Assembly (NCBI RefSeq): GCF_004010195.1
Contig: NC_057719.1
Location: 57,637 to 121,636 of the forward strand
Origin: Chiloscyllium plagiosum
Taxonomy: Eukaryota
Length of the DNA: 64,000 nucleotides
Direction: 5' to 3'
The position numbers and the translations under genes were made by a program. Below the pieces are notes generated by a model that was given only the letters and a program-made list of their open reading frames with translations, had not been told where the DNA came from and made no database searches. Of this stretch, positions 12,901-27,900 are shown piece after piece. Positions within the stretch are counted from its first letter, which is position 1. Every line of letters starts with the position of its first letter.

Positions 12901-15900
12901 AAAGTAATGTGGTTGACTCTTAACTGCCTTCTCAGCAATTAGAAATGGGCGATAAATGCTGGCCTGGTCAGTGATATCCACGTTCCACAAACTAATAAAA
13001 TAAAGAGTTCCATAAACTCTCAACCCTTAGAGAAACAATTTCTTCATCCCCATGTTAAATGCCCCTTATGTTTAAATTATTTTCCCTTGTTCTAGTCTCT
13101 CACAATGGGAAACATCCTTTCACCATCCACTCTGTCAAAATCCCCGCAGACCTCAAATATTTCAATAAGATCCATCTCCTAATCAGTAGGTAAAGCTCAA
13201 CTGGGCCAAACATTCCTTGTATCTCCCTCATCCCAGGAGTCAGGAAGAGGAACTTGTTATCGAGTCTGTAACTCTTTATGTTACAATAACTAAATTGTCA
13301 TACTTAATTAACTGTCTAAAATTATGCAAGTTAATTATGAACCTTAAGTTAAAAAAGCAGACTTTGTGAAAAATTGACAAGCAAGGTCTAATATTAAACA
13401 AACCAAAATAGAACATAGAACATAGAACAGTACAGAACAGGCCCTTCAGCCCACGATGTTGTGCCGACCACTGATCCTCATGTATGCACCCTCAAATTTC
13501 TGTGACCATATGCATGTCCAGCAGTCTCTTAAATGTCTCCAATGACCTTGCTTCTACAACTGCTGCTGGCAACGCATTCCATGCTCTCACAACTCTTTGT
13601 GTAAAGAACCCGCCTCTGACATCCCCTCTATACTTTCCTCCAACCAGCTTAAAACTATGACCCCTTGCGTTAGTCATTTCTGCCCTGGGAAATAGTCTCT
13701 GGCTATCAACTCTATCTATGCCTCTCATTATCACACCAAGATCTCTCTGTTCCTCCACACTGCCAAGAATCCTATCCTTAATCCTGTACTCAGCTTTCAA
13801 ATTCAACCTTCCAAAATGCATCACCTCGCATTTATCCAGGTTGAACTCCATCTGCCACCTCTCAGCCCATCTCTGCATCCTGTCAATGTCCTGCTGCAGC
13901 CTACAGCAGCCCTCTATACTGTCAACGACACCTCCAACCTTTGCGTCGTCTGCAAACCTACTGACCCTTCCTTCAATCCCCTCATCCAAGTCATTAATAA
14001 TAATTACAAACAATAGAGGCCCAAGGACAGAGCCCTGTGGAACACCACTCACCACAGACTTCCAGGCAGAATATTTTCCTTCTACTACCACTCACTGTCT
14101 TCTGTTGGCCAGACAATTCTGTATCCAGACAGCTAAATCCCCCTGTATCCCATTCCTCCTGACCTTCTGAATGAGCCTAACATGGGGAACCTTATCAAAT
14201 GCCTTGCTGAAGTCCATATACACCACATCCATAGCTCGGCCCTCATCAACTTTCCTAGTCACATCCTCAAAGAACTTCATAAGGTTTGTGAGGCATGACC
14301 TGTCCCTCACAAAGCCGTGTTGACATGGGGAACCTTATCAAATGCCTTGCTAGAGTCCATATACACCACATCCACAGCTCGACCCTCATCAACTTTCCTA
14401 GTCACATTCTCAAAGAACTTCATAAGGTTTGTGAGGCATGACCTGCCCCTCTCAAAGCCGTGCTGACTGCATTTAATCAAGCCATGCTCTTCCAGATGGT
14501 CATAAATCCTATCCCTCAGAATCCTTTCTAACACCTTGCAGACGACAGACGTGAGACGTGAGACTGACTGGTCTGTAATTGCCGGGGATTTCCCTATTTC
14601 CTTTCTTGAAGAGAGAAAATGTCTCCCTTCTGTGGAAAGAAATGCCGTCAGAGAGAATCTCTTGCTCTACTGGATTTACTTGGGGGTATAAATATTAAAA
14701 AATCAAAATACATGTTCAATAACTGGACTTTTAAATAAATATAAAATCAGTAAAAGATTCCACAAATAATACAGGAGCCTATAATAGTAATATTGAAAAC
14801 TTGGCTTAAAAGTCATAGAAGTTGAAGTTCAATACAAACATTTGAGGAAATGATTAGCTAATTTCAAAGTGACCATGGAGTTGTCAGACTATCGTTAACA
14901 ACTCTATTGTTTCCTTTATTAAAGAAGGAAATCTAGCCCAAAAACTGGAAGAACATCATCTAGTTTTCAACCTTCAGGACTGAACATCGAGTTCACCAAC
15001 TTCAGGCCATGAACACTGTCCTCCATTTTGATTAACCCCACCCTCAGCACCCATGTCTTGCTGGCTTTGCTCTTTGCTGAGCTGGTCTATTTTCTCCTAT
15101 TCACACCTCTCATTAATACATAGTTTACATCTCAATTGTTCATTTACCAACATTAGCACGCCCTTCATCAGGGTGCCTTCCACTCGCTCCTCCATGCCCT
15201 TGGTCAGTAACATAAACATCACTTCAAAGCCCTTTCAGTTCCAAAGAAAAGCCAGAGGACTCAAAACATCAATTCTGTTTCTCCCTGCACAAATGCTGTC
15301 AGACCTGCTGAGTTGTTCCAGCATGCTCTGTTTTATTTCAAACCACCCTGTTTAATCAGTCTGGCTTTTGTATTACTCCAGTCTGACATTAATTGCCCTC
15401 TGATCTATGTCTAACAACACACACATTTTGAGGCAGCTAGGAATGTGTAATAATCTCCAACTTTGTCAGTGATGCTCTTATCGAAGAATGAATGAAGGAA
15501 GAAAAATTACACAATTCGCAGCTTCACCAATAGATGATCCACAAAGTAGAATGCCCAGCGCAAACTGGACAAACTGAGGACAATGACTGCCACTTCCATA
15601 GACACTCTCCTGTTGGAAGAAATGCATGCTACCTGTATGGTCTGTACAAGGCGATTTGTCAGCTCTAATGCAGCCATAGCAGTGGAGGTTCCGAACGAGG
15701 CTGCTCCGCGTTGGAGGCCTCTCACAATGCGGCCATCCCGGCGATACTGCTCTATGGGCAGCCAGACCAGATCCTTCAGTCCTTGAACTAAGCAAAGAAA
15801 GGAAAAGTCACCTGGTTGAATATTCTGTAACCATTTCCCATTTACTGCAGAGTTTAAAATTTCCTACCTGCTCTACTGACATAAAATATTAATCCAAATC

Positions 15901-18900
15901 CCCTTTCCATCCATTGTGTTTTTTTATTCATTCAGGGGATGATCGCTTCACTGGCTAGGCCAGCATTTATTGCCCATTCCAGCAGGAAGCTAAAAGTCAA
16001 AAGTCAACAACATTGCTGTGGGTCTGGAGTCACATGTAGGCCAGACTGGGTAGGGATGGCAGATTCCTTCCTTAAAGGACATTAGTGACCCAGATGGGTT
16101 TTTTCAAACAATCGACAATGGATTCATGGTCATCATTAGACTCTTAATTCCAATTTTTTTTTAAAAATTGAATTCAAATTCCACCATTTGCCGTGGGTCT
16201 CTGGTTTAACAGATAATACCACTAGGCCATAGCCCCACCATATAATTAGCTGTGAATCATACAGCTTCAAACAGTTCATAAAAAGAACTGGAGATTATTC
16301 AATTGCCTTCAAAATTTACATTACTTCATATACAGGGTCACCTTCCCTAATTGAATACCATTTCCCTGTTTTCTTGTTCCAAAGAACGCAATGGTATGTG
16401 TTAACGAAGCAGCTTACTCTAGATGATGTCATGCTTCATAAATACTATTGGAGCTGCACCTATGTTGTCAAGGGGATAGCGACGCTCACTGACCTGTATG
16501 CGCCTCAGAGGCCCACATAGCTGTTAAGAGAATGAGAGGAAACACTGGTGGGGAGTACTCCATCACACTCCTGACTGTATCTTATAGATGGTGGTCATGA
16601 GGTGACCACTCGCCACAGAATTCCCAGCCTCTGACCTGCTTTCATAGCCACAGTACTTATATGGATATTCCTGTTCAATTTCTGGTGATTAGTAACCCCT
16701 GGGCTATTGATATTGGGGGATTACATTGGAGTTTGAATCCATTCCTTACACGGTTAGTGACTGCTTCAGCGTCATTGGGTGTAAATTAAAAACAGGCAAC
16801 ATTGACCACCTCAGGAGATAGTCAGTTCTCTGGACCTGAAAATAAGGAACCATGATTCCCTGTACTACGTGAGTCAGCTGTTCAGCATCATTGGTATTGC
16901 CAACACTCACCTAATTGCACCAAGGAATGCATGGGTCCCACACCGCCGAGAATACCGGGCAGCTGATTTTTCTTGATGTCAGTCAGCCACTCATTCAATG
17001 CATAGGAGATGAGCTTGTCCACTCCCAGCAATCTGCAGAACAAACCAGACAGGTTCAGTGATGGATATGACTGGGTGGGTCGAGAGTGTGGTGCTGGAAA
17101 AGCACAGCAGGTCAGGCAGCATCCGAGGAGCAGGAGAATCAACGTTTTGGGCCGGAGCCCTTCATCAGGACTAAGGCTGGGAGCTTTGAGGGTGGAAAGA
17201 TAAATGAGAGAGGGGTGGGGCCGGGGAGAAGGTTGCTAAGAGTGCAATAGGTGGATGGAAGTGGGGGTGAAGGTGATGGGTCGGAGAGGAGGGTGGAGTG
17301 GATAGGTGGGAAGGAAGATTGACAGGTGGGATAGGTCACGAGGATGGTGCTGAGCTGGAAGGTTGGAACTGGGGTAAGGTGGGGGAAGGGGAAATGAGGA
17401 AACTGGTGAAGTCCACATTGACGCCCTGGGGTTGAAGGGTCCTGAAGTGGATGATGGGGCATTCTTCCTCCAGGCGTCGGGTAGTGAGGGAGTGGTGATG
17501 GAGGAGGCACAGGACCTGCAGATCCTCAGCAAAGTGGGGAGGGGGGAGTTTAAATGTTCGGCCACGGGGCAGTGGAGTTGATTGGTGCGGGTGTCCTGGA
17601 GGTGTTCTCTAAAACGCTCTGCAAGAAGGTGTCCATTCTTCCCACTGCAGAGGAGATCACATCGGGGCGCAGGTTTTGCAATTCCTGTGGTGGTAGGGGA
17701 GTGTGACTTGTTAGGGGCGTGGACCTGACCAGGTAGTCACAGAGGGAACATCTTTGTGGAAAGCGGATAGGGGTGGGGAGGGAAATATATCTCTGGTGAT
17801 AGGGTCCATTTGTAGGTGGTGAAAATGTTAGCAGATGATACGATTAATGCGGAGGTTGGTGGGGTGGAAGGTGAGGACCGGGGGAATTCTGTCCTTGTTG
17901 CGGTTGGAGGGGTGGGGTTCGAGGGCAGAGATGCGGGACATGGATGAGATGTGTTGGAGGGCATCTTCAACCACGTGGGAGGGGAAATTTCAGTCTTTAA
18001 AGAAAGAGGCCATCTGGTGTGTTCTGTGGTGAAACTGGTCCTCCTGGGAGTAGATGCGACAGAGGCGGAGGAATTGGGAATATGGGATAACATTTTTGTA
18101 GGAGGTAGGGTAGGAGGTAGGTAATCCAGGTAGCTGAAGGAGTCGGTGGATTTGTATAAAATGTCAGTGTTGAGTCAGTCCTCATGGATGGAGATGGAGA
18201 GGTCTAGGAAGGGAATGGAGGTGTCAGAGATAGTCCAGGTGAATTTAAGGTTAGGTTGGAACGTGTTTGTGAAATTGTGGGAGCACGAGGTGGCGCCGAT
18301 GCAGTCATCAATGTAGCGGAGGAAGAGGTGGGAATGGTGCTGATGTAACTCTGGAAAATGGACTGTTCTATGTAACCGACAAAGAGACAGGCATAGCTGG
18401 GGCCCATCTCTAGCCCCAAAAGGAAAAGGAAGGATTAATGAATTCCAAATTCCAGTTGGAAGCTTGAGTTGGGAATCACGCAGGTTGAAGACAGTTGATG
18501 GAGGCTGTGCTGTGTTGGTCAACCTAAAAGGTGATGTTGGGGCTTCTTGACCCTACAATTTCCACCATTGCATAGATGACTGACTAATACCACAATGCAA
18601 AAACGTCCTCAAGAAGCACATTAGACGCACAAAGGTACCCATAAAGAGTCACTACCATCTCCTCCACATCGCAAAGATCCACAAAAAAGGGAGTTAGAGG
18701 GTTTTGTTCTTTATTAGATTAGATTACTTTACAGTGTGGAAACAGGCCCTTCGGGCCAACAAGTCCACACCGACCTGCTGAAGCGTAACCCACCCATACC
18801 CCTACATTTACCCCTTACCTAACACTACGGGCAATTTAGCATGGCCAATTCACCTGACCTGCACATCTTTGGACTGTGGGAGGAAACCGGAGCACCCGGA

Positions 18901-21900
18901 GGAAACCCACGCAGACACGGGGAGAACGTGCAAACTCCACACAGTCAGTCGCCTGAGACGGGAATTGAACCCGGGTCTCTGGCGCTGCGAGGCAGCAGTG
19001 CTAACCACTGTGCCACCGTGCCGCCCACTATCCTAGCCAAGAGGCAGATCTGGGCACTGAGAGATTAATTCAGAATGGCGACTCAGTATTAGACTGGAGT
19101 GATTTTATTTGGACACGCTGCACTCTTACCCATGTCTGTAACACAACCTCTTCAACTTCAACTCCGAGCAGTTCAGTTGGGCCAGTCCAATTAGGATCCC
19201 TGCTAAGGTACCCTGAAAATAGAAACATGGAGACAAGAATTTTGTGGACTTTGTGATCAGGCTGCATTAAACCCAAAGCCCATTTCAGAAGCTTTTGCCC
19301 AGGAGTGAGTTGGTTCCAGTGAGTACAGCTACAGTTCACATTCCTCTGCCTCAGTGATCAGGGAATGCTGTACAAGGTGTTTGCTTCCAGCTTTATATTG
19401 ATCAGAAGATTAAACTAAGCAAATAGCAAATTCAGGGTTAAACTGATATATTTTGGGAGGAACAATGAGGAAGGGTAACATAATAAAGAATACAGATCCA
19501 AATGGGGGCCAGGGGTCTAAGGTCTAAGAGCACAAATTGTTCAAGATGGCAGGGTAGGTTGCGATTGTGGTTAATGAGTCAAACAGGATCCTGGGCCTTA
19601 TAAACAGAGAAAGATTGATAAAGGCACCCAAATTATGGTGAACGTTTATAAAACAGATTCAGCCTTGACTGGAGTATTATGTACAATTCTCTGCATCACA
19701 CTTCAGGAAGGATGCGAAGGCATTAGCAAGTGTGCAGAACAGTTAACAAGAATGGTTCCTGAGAGAAGTAGCTTCACTTATATGGATAGAATGAAAAAGC
19801 TGGATATGTTCTCCTTAAAGAGAAGGCAGAGAAGAAATTTGACAAATGGGTTTAGCTAAATCATTCCCATTGGGAGAATTGAGAACCAGAATACTCTGAT
19901 TTAAAGCAATTCTTAAAGGAACCAAAGGAAATTTCTTTTCATTCAATGAATAGTTAGGATCTGGAATACATTGCCTGACTATGGTTGAGGAAGATTTAAT
20001 CTTAGGTTTCAAAAGATAATTTGCTAATTATCTGAACAGGAAATATTTTCCAGGCATATTGAGAAAAGACAAGGCAGTGACATTAACTGAGTTACATTTT
20101 TGCAGAGACTCTGCAGGGACATGATGGACTGAATGGCCTCCTTCTGTGCTCTAACCATTGTTCTAACTCATTCTTTCCCATGTGCAACCATTCACTTATT
20201 TAATCAGCTCAGTAGATTGCATCCCAAAGGGATTGAAGGTAGTGAATTTAAGCTCCATCTCAGGTGACACTCATCCCAGTGCTGAGATAGTACGGTACCA
20301 CTGAAGGTGCCATCCACTAAATGACACCAGGTGCAAGCTGCTTCCTCAGGTGGATATAAACTGCAGCATCTTGAAGAGGAGCAAGACAGTTCTCCCTAAT
20401 TTCCCAGTCAATATTTATTTCCCAATAAACATCAGCAAAAACGGATGAACTGGTTATTTATCTGGGTGTGCAGGTCCACAGATCATTGAAGGTGGCAGCG
20501 CAGAAAGATAAGGGAGTGAAAAAGGCCTATGGCATGCTTGCCTTCATTTGAAAGTGCACTGAGTATAAGGATAGACACGTTATGCTGCAGCTCTGTAGAA
20601 CTTTAGTTAGACCACACTTGGAATATTGTGTAGAGTTCTGGTCAGCACACTACCAGAAGGACGTGGATGCTTTGGGGAGGATACAGAAAAGGTTTACCAG
20701 GATGTTGTCTGCTATGGGGGATTTTAGCTAAGAAGAACTGTATTGTTGAAGAGGAGAGTGTGATACGGACTGGTAAGCTAGAGGAGATACTTGTTAGGAA
20801 GGAAGATGTGTTGGACATTTTGAGTAACTTGAGGATAGACAAGTCCCCCGGGCCTGACAGGATATATCCTAGGATTATGTGGGAAGCAAGAGAGGAAATT
20901 GCAGAGCCGTTGGCAATGATCTTTTCGTCTTCACCGTCAACAGGAGTGGTACCAGGGGACTGGAGAGTGGCGAATGTTGTGCACCTGTTCAAAAAAGGGA
21001 ATAGGGATAACTCCCTATATAATTGTTTCTCAATTCCCTTCTTACTATTGGGGGAGCGATAGTACAATCCCATCAAAGTTATCTTTCCTTTATTTTTTGT
21101 AATTTCTACCTATATATTTTCACTGGACGATTTTTCAGAAATATTTTCCATAGTTACAGCAGTAATGTGTTCCTTAATCAAAAACACCAACTCCTTCCCC
21201 TCCCTACTTGCCTCCATTTCTCAGCCAAGTTTCTGTCATAACTTGGCTGAGAAATGGAGATGATACGAAGATAGGTGGAGTTGTGGACAGTGAGGAGGGC
21301 TGTTGTCGGCTGCAGAGGGACTTAGATATGATGCAGAGCTGGGCTGAGGAGTGGCAGATGGATTTCAACCCTGCCAAGTGTGAGGTTGTCCATTTTGGAA
21401 GAACAAATAAGAATGCGGAATACAGGGTTAATGGTAGGGTTCTTAGTCAGGTGGAGGAACAGAGGGATCTTGGGGTCTATGTACATAGATCTTTGAAGGT
21501 TGCCACTCAGGTGGATAGAGTTTGTAAGAAGGCCTATGGAGTATTATCGTTCATTAGCAGAGGGATTGAATTCAAGAGTCGTGAAGTGATGTTGCAACTG
21601 TACAGGACTTTGTTTAGGCCACATTTGGAGTACTGTGTGCATTTCTGGTCGCCTCACTTTAGGAAAGGTGTGGAAGCTTTGGAGAGGGTGCAGAGAAGAT
21701 TTACCAGGATGTTGCCTGGAATGGAGAATAGGTCGTACGAGGATAGGTTGAGAGTGCTAGGCCTTTTCTCATTGGAACGGAGAAGGATGAGGGGTGACTT
21801 GATAGAGGTGTATAAGATGATCAGGGGAATAGATAGAGTCGACAATCAGAAACTTTTTCCCCGGGTACAACAGAGTGTTACAAGGGGACATAAATTTAAG

Positions 21901-24900
21901 GTGAAGGGTGCAAGGTATAGGGGAGATGTCAGGGGTAGGTTCTTTACCCAGAGAGTGTTGGGGGCATAGAATGCGCTGCCTGTGGGAGTGGCAGAGTCAG
22001 AATCATTGGCGAACTTTAAGTGGCAATTGCATAGGTACATGGATGGGTGCTTAAGCTAGGACAAATGTTCGGCACAACACCGTGGGCCGAAGGGCCTGTT
22101 CTGTGCTGTATTGTTCTATGTTCTATGTTCTAAGAAACGTTAGCTAGACTGGATTTGCTGAGGGGCGACCTGATAGAAGTTTATAAGATAGTAAATGGCA
22201 TGGAAAGAGTGGAAAGGGTGAAAGGGTCAATTACTAGAGGACAGGTTCAAGCTGTGGCTGGGGGAGGGTGGGGGTGCGGAGTTTAAAGGGATGTTTTTCA
22301 CACAAAGAGTGGTGCGTGCCTGGAGTGCACTGCCAGAGGTGGCGGTGGAGGCAGGCACAACAGTAGCATTCAAGAAGCACCTGGACAAATACATATGAAT
22401 AGGAAGGGAATAGTGAAGATAGTTTTAGCATGGAAGGGTAAAATATGTTGGTGCAGGCTTGGAGGGCTGAAGGGCCTGTTCCTGTGCTGTATTGTTCTTT
22501 GTTCTTACCTCACTGTAGTTTGTAGTGGATCTTCCTGTGCGCAAATTGACTAGATTGGGACATCATATTTTTCAAAGATAATTCACTGACTGATAAGTGC
22601 TTTACAATATCTCTATCATGGAAGGTGCTAAAATGGATACTGTTTAGTCCGTCAAGTCTGCTCTGCCATTCAATGAAATGAAAGTTGATCTATATCACAG
22701 GAGTGTTCTGGCACAGGAGGAGGTCATTCCACCCATCATGCCTGCACTGCCTTACTAAATAACAATTATCAAGGGCAAATCTCCTGCATTCTCCCGATAA
22801 CTTTCTAATACATGACATCTTTTGCCCACCGACACAGAAAAGGATGGAAAATTGTTGGGGAAGGCTGTGGTCTCTGTTTGCTCTTGGGAGCAAAGGGATC
22901 GGAATTGTCACCTGCAGCTACTGTGGTGGTGACATCAGATCTCGAATTGTAGATACATTTCCCTGCTGAATAGTACAAATTAGAAACACTTAATAATCTC
23001 AAATGCAGTGGATGAGACTGAACTACTCTTGTTCCACATCTGTTCAACAAATGAATTTTGCCAGACAAACAGTACAAACTAGACATTAGTCCCTAAATTC
23101 TCTCAACTTACTTGATCCATGGACATGTGCTTGCCATGGTAATCCAGTCGGATTGGCACTTCTGATGTGAAGCGAAATTCCCTGAAATGAAAATGAAATT
23201 CACTGTCAGTGAATATGGTTCAAGCCTTTGAAAATAAACAGCCAAGTTTCATACTCAATTTCAGTTAATAAGAGTAAGGGGTGATTTGGTTGAAACACAC
23301 AAGATCCTGAGGAGTCTTGACAAGGTAAATGTCGGAAGGAAATTTCCTCTTTGGGAGAATTTACAATTAGAGGCCATTGTTCAGGGGTCATCCATTTAAT
23401 AGAGATGAGGAGAAAGTCTTTCTCTCAGATATCATGAGTCTTTGGAACTCTCTTCTCTGAAGGTGATGGAAGTAGAGTCCTTGAATATTTTAAAGCAGGT
23501 AGATTCTTGTTAAGCAAAGGAGTGAAAGGTTATCAGGGGTAGGTGTGAATGTTATTTTGAAGTTACAATCAGATCAGTCATCATCTTATTGAATGGCAGA
23601 GCAGGCTCAAGGGGCTAAATGGTCTAGTCCTGCTCTGGATGTGTATGCCTCAAAAGCCAGTAGGTTAACAGAGACACACTGTCTCTCACACACAAGCATG
23701 CAAACAATCAAGTATGATGCCTAAAATGTATCTCTTCACAGGGCTGTTTAATTGAAAGACAAGCACAGAACTAGAATGGCACTATGAAAGACTACTAGCA
23801 GATCATCCTTAGAATTTTCTTCCAAAGAGCCCAAGCACAAAACTAGAAGACAAAGGAGCGGATGTATGCTATTAGGCCGAGTGAGTCTGCTTCACCATTC
23901 AATGAGCTTCTGGCTGATCCAAAATCCTCAACTCCACTTTCCTGTCTTTTCCCAAACCTCTTGATTCCCTTAATGATTAAGGATCTGTCTTTCTCATCTG
24001 TGAATGTCTTTAATGACCCATTCTTGACAGCTCTTGCAATAAAGAATTCAACAAATTCACTACACTCCGAGGGAAGAAATTACTCTCATCTTTGTTTTAA
24101 ATGCACAACTCTTTATTTCAGAACTATACCCTCTGGTCCCAGATTCTCCCACAAGGAAAAAGCAACTTCTCAGCACTTACAAGATTCTTACGGGATTTGA
24201 CAAGGTATGTTTCAATAAGGTCCCCCTATTTTTCCAAACTTCAGTCAGTACAGGCCCAATACTCAACCTTTCCTCATTAGACAAACTCTCTATACCCAAT
24301 ATCAACCAAATGAACCTTCTCGAGATTGCCTCCAATGCCAGTATGTCTTTTCTTAGATAACAGGCACAAACCGTTCACAGTATTCCAGCTGTGGTCTGAC
24401 TAGTTCCTTACATAGTTAGCAAGACTTCCCTTTTTTTATACCCCATTCCTTTTAAGGCCAACATTCCATTTGCCTTCCTTTTAAATCGTTGAATTTGGAT
24501 GCTACTTTTTGTAATTCATGGACGAGGACTCCCAAATGCCTCTGTGCTGTAGCTTTCTGAAATCTTTCTCTACTTAAACAATATCAGCTCCTCTATTTTT
24601 TCTGCATTATCTCACATTTCCTCATATTATATTTAATCCTCCAAGTTTTTGCTCACTCACCTTAACCTATTTAAATCCTCTGCAAACTCACTCTGTTATC
24701 CTCACTACCTGCCTTCAAACCTATTTTTCCGTCATCTTCAAACTTGGCAACAGTACATTAATGTTTCTCATCCAGATCATTGACATTGTAAGCAACTGTG
24801 GCCCAAGCACCAATCTCTGTGGGGCTCCCCTAGCTATAGGTTGCCATCCTGAAAATGCTCGTCTTTCTCAAACTGTCTTCCATTAGTCATCCTTTTGAAT

Positions 24901-27900
24901 TATTTCTTGTACGCAGAGCCTCAATATGATCTTTCTAGAATGCTGATCAGAATTACAAGATGGAGCATCTAAGCAAGATTCTGTACAAGTCTAACATAAG
25001 GTCTCTGCTTTATAATTCTCTTTCTCTAGAAATGAGTGAGCATGGCCAGGTTAATGAACACAGCAGGACAGGTGGTCTGAAATGTAATTATTTTAATGTA
25101 AGGAATACAACAACTAAGGCAAATGAGGTTAGAGCCTGGATTTGTGATAAACTGTGTGAAGGCTAATTACAACGATTTAGGCAGGATTTGGAGAGATTAG
25201 ATTAAGGGCAGATGTTTGAGGTGTTTAAATCCACATCTGACGTGGGAATCTTTTAAAGGCCAGTTTATTTGAGTTCAGGACTGGCATGTTCCTGTGAGGA
25301 TGAAAGAAGAGGATGGTAAGATTCAGTAACTGAAATCAAACAACGCTCTCCAATTGTATAAAGGAAGCAGAAAAGAAGCTAAACAAGAAAGGAGGGGGGT
25401 TAGGATGGCCAGGAAATGTCCTTGCCAAGTATGATATTATATACATATGTTAGGAGCAACAGGTTGGCTCCTAACAAAGAAGGAAATTTACACATGGAAC
25501 CAGAAGAAATGGGCAAAGTTCTTAATGAATACTTTACATTCACCAAGGAGGAGGACATGGATGATGGTAAGATTAGGGAGGGATATGTTGATATTCCATT
25601 GCATGTCAATATTATGGAGATGGTGGTGTTAGATGTCTTGAAAATCCTTAAAGTTTTAAAGACCCCAGGGCCTATTGGGATCTATTGCAGGAGGCTAAAG
25701 GAGGCAAAGGAGGAGATTGACAGAGATTTCTGTATCCCCTTTAGCCGGCGAGGTCCAGAAGACTGGAGAATAGCCCTTGTTGTTCCTTTGTTTCAGGACA
25801 ACAACAGGGATAATCCAGGAAATTATAGGCCGGTGAGCCTTACGTGAATGGTAGAGAAGTTACTGGAGAAGATTCTTAGGAACAAGATTGACTCGCACTT
25901 GGAGAAGAATGGATGTATTAGGGATCGTCAGCATGGCCTCTTACGGGGGAGGCCTTGCATCACAGGCCTGGTTGAATATTTTGAGGAAGTATCAATGATT
26001 GATGAGGACAGTAATGTCATCAGGGATGTAGTCCACATGGACTTGATTACAGCATTTGACAAGATCCCTCATGGTCAGCTGATCCAGAAGATTAAGTCAC
26101 ATGGGATCAATGGTGATTTGGCAATTGACTTGATCATAGAAGACAGAGAGTAGTTGTGAAGGGGTGTTTTTCTGACTGGATGTCTGTGACTAGTGGTGTT
26201 CCACAAGGATCAGTGCTGGGACCTCTGTTCTTTGTTATATATATTAGTCTGATTAGTAAGTCTGCAGATGACAAAAGTTGGAGTTGTGGATGGCTATGAA
26301 AGGATACAGCAGGATATGGACAAGTTAGAACGTTGGGTGAAGACATGGCAGTTAAATGCAAGAGGAATGTATTCAGTAAATTACAGGACCCTTGGGAGTA
26401 TTGATACACAGAGGAATCTTGGGGGGTAAGTTAATAGCTCCCTAAAAGTGACAACAAAAGAGGATAAGGTGATAAACAAGGCATACAGGACACTTGTCTT
26501 CATTAGTCAGGGCACTAAGTATAGAAGTATGCAGAGCATGTTGCAGCTATATAAGACTTGAGTTAGCTTGGAGTACTGTGTGCATTTCTGGTCATCACAC
26601 TGCAGGAAAGATGCAGAAGCTTTGGAGAGAATGCAAAAGAGGTTTACCAGGATATTGCCTGAACTGGAGTGTATTAGTTATAAGGAGAGGTTGGACAAAC
26701 ATGGATTGTTTTCATGAGAGTGTCAGAGGCTGAAGGCGACTAGATAGAAGTATATAAAATTGTGACAGATGGGACAGATAGTCAGAGAGTTTCTCCTAGG
26801 GTGGAAACGTCAAATACTAAGGGGCTTAGGTTTAAGCTGCGAGGGATGTGTGAGGTAAGAATTTTTACACAGAGGGAGGCAGATGCCAGGAATGTGCTGC
26901 CAGATGAGGCGGTAGAAACACAGACAACAGCAATGTTTAAGAGACACTTCGGCAGACACATGAACAGGCAGGGAATAGAGGGATACAGACCAAGTACAGG
27001 CAGGCAGATGGGATTAGTTTACAATGGCATTATGGTTGGCACAGAGCAGGATGAACCCAAGGGCCTGTTCCTGTACAATTTTATGTTCTATTGCTTGGCT
27101 TGATTTCTCTTACAGCTTAGTACTAAAACAATAAGAGAATGAGGAAGGCTTACCGGAAGAAGATTGGCTGATCCCTGAATGGCACTGAGACAGCCTCTGG
27201 CTCGCTGACTGGCACCCTGCTAGCAGCAGTTAAAGGATCCGGCCTGTGTTTGCTGTGACCCGGCAGAGTAATAATGGGGCCATGGTCTGCAGCAGTGGTT
27301 CCATTTTTGGAAAGGCTGCTGCTGGTGTCAGTTCCAGGAGTTTTTCTCACTGGGGACAAGAGATGCAGTTCATGTAATAATAGTTACACAGGCTGCTTTC
27401 CCAATATCTCAACTACATGAATCTCAAATAATATCCCTAAGCTGCATGGTGATAAAATGAGAGGGCAGCCAAGAAAATATGGACATAGATCTATTCCCAC
27501 CAGATGCTTTGTTTTTGCCTCTTGGTCTGTCCAATACTCAGCAATCTGAAGCAGGAAGCCAGTCAGATTTACTTGCACTAACACCCTCCCCTCGCCACCA
27601 ACCTTTGCACCATCTTCAGCTCATTTTCTGGCTGTGCTAAGCTTAAAAGAATCACACAGAAGCCTTTTAAAAAAACAAATTCTCAGGATGATGGCAGCAA
27701 TAGTAAGGTCAGCATTCAATGCTCATTCCTCATTAACTCAACTTGGTGGTTTCCTTCAGAGGGCAGTTAAGAGTGAACCACATTGGTGCAGGGACCAAAG
27801 TCAGTTATGGTCCTAGTCTGGGTAAGTACAACAAATCCCTTTTCCTAAAGGACATAAATAAACAACTGCATTTTACAACAATCTAAAAGCTCCTAGCAAG

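Noticed and set aside
21208..21969. 253-aa ORF as a host gene
   Set aside because: It is the C-terminal part of a CR1 reverse transcriptase followed by the CR1 3' tail.
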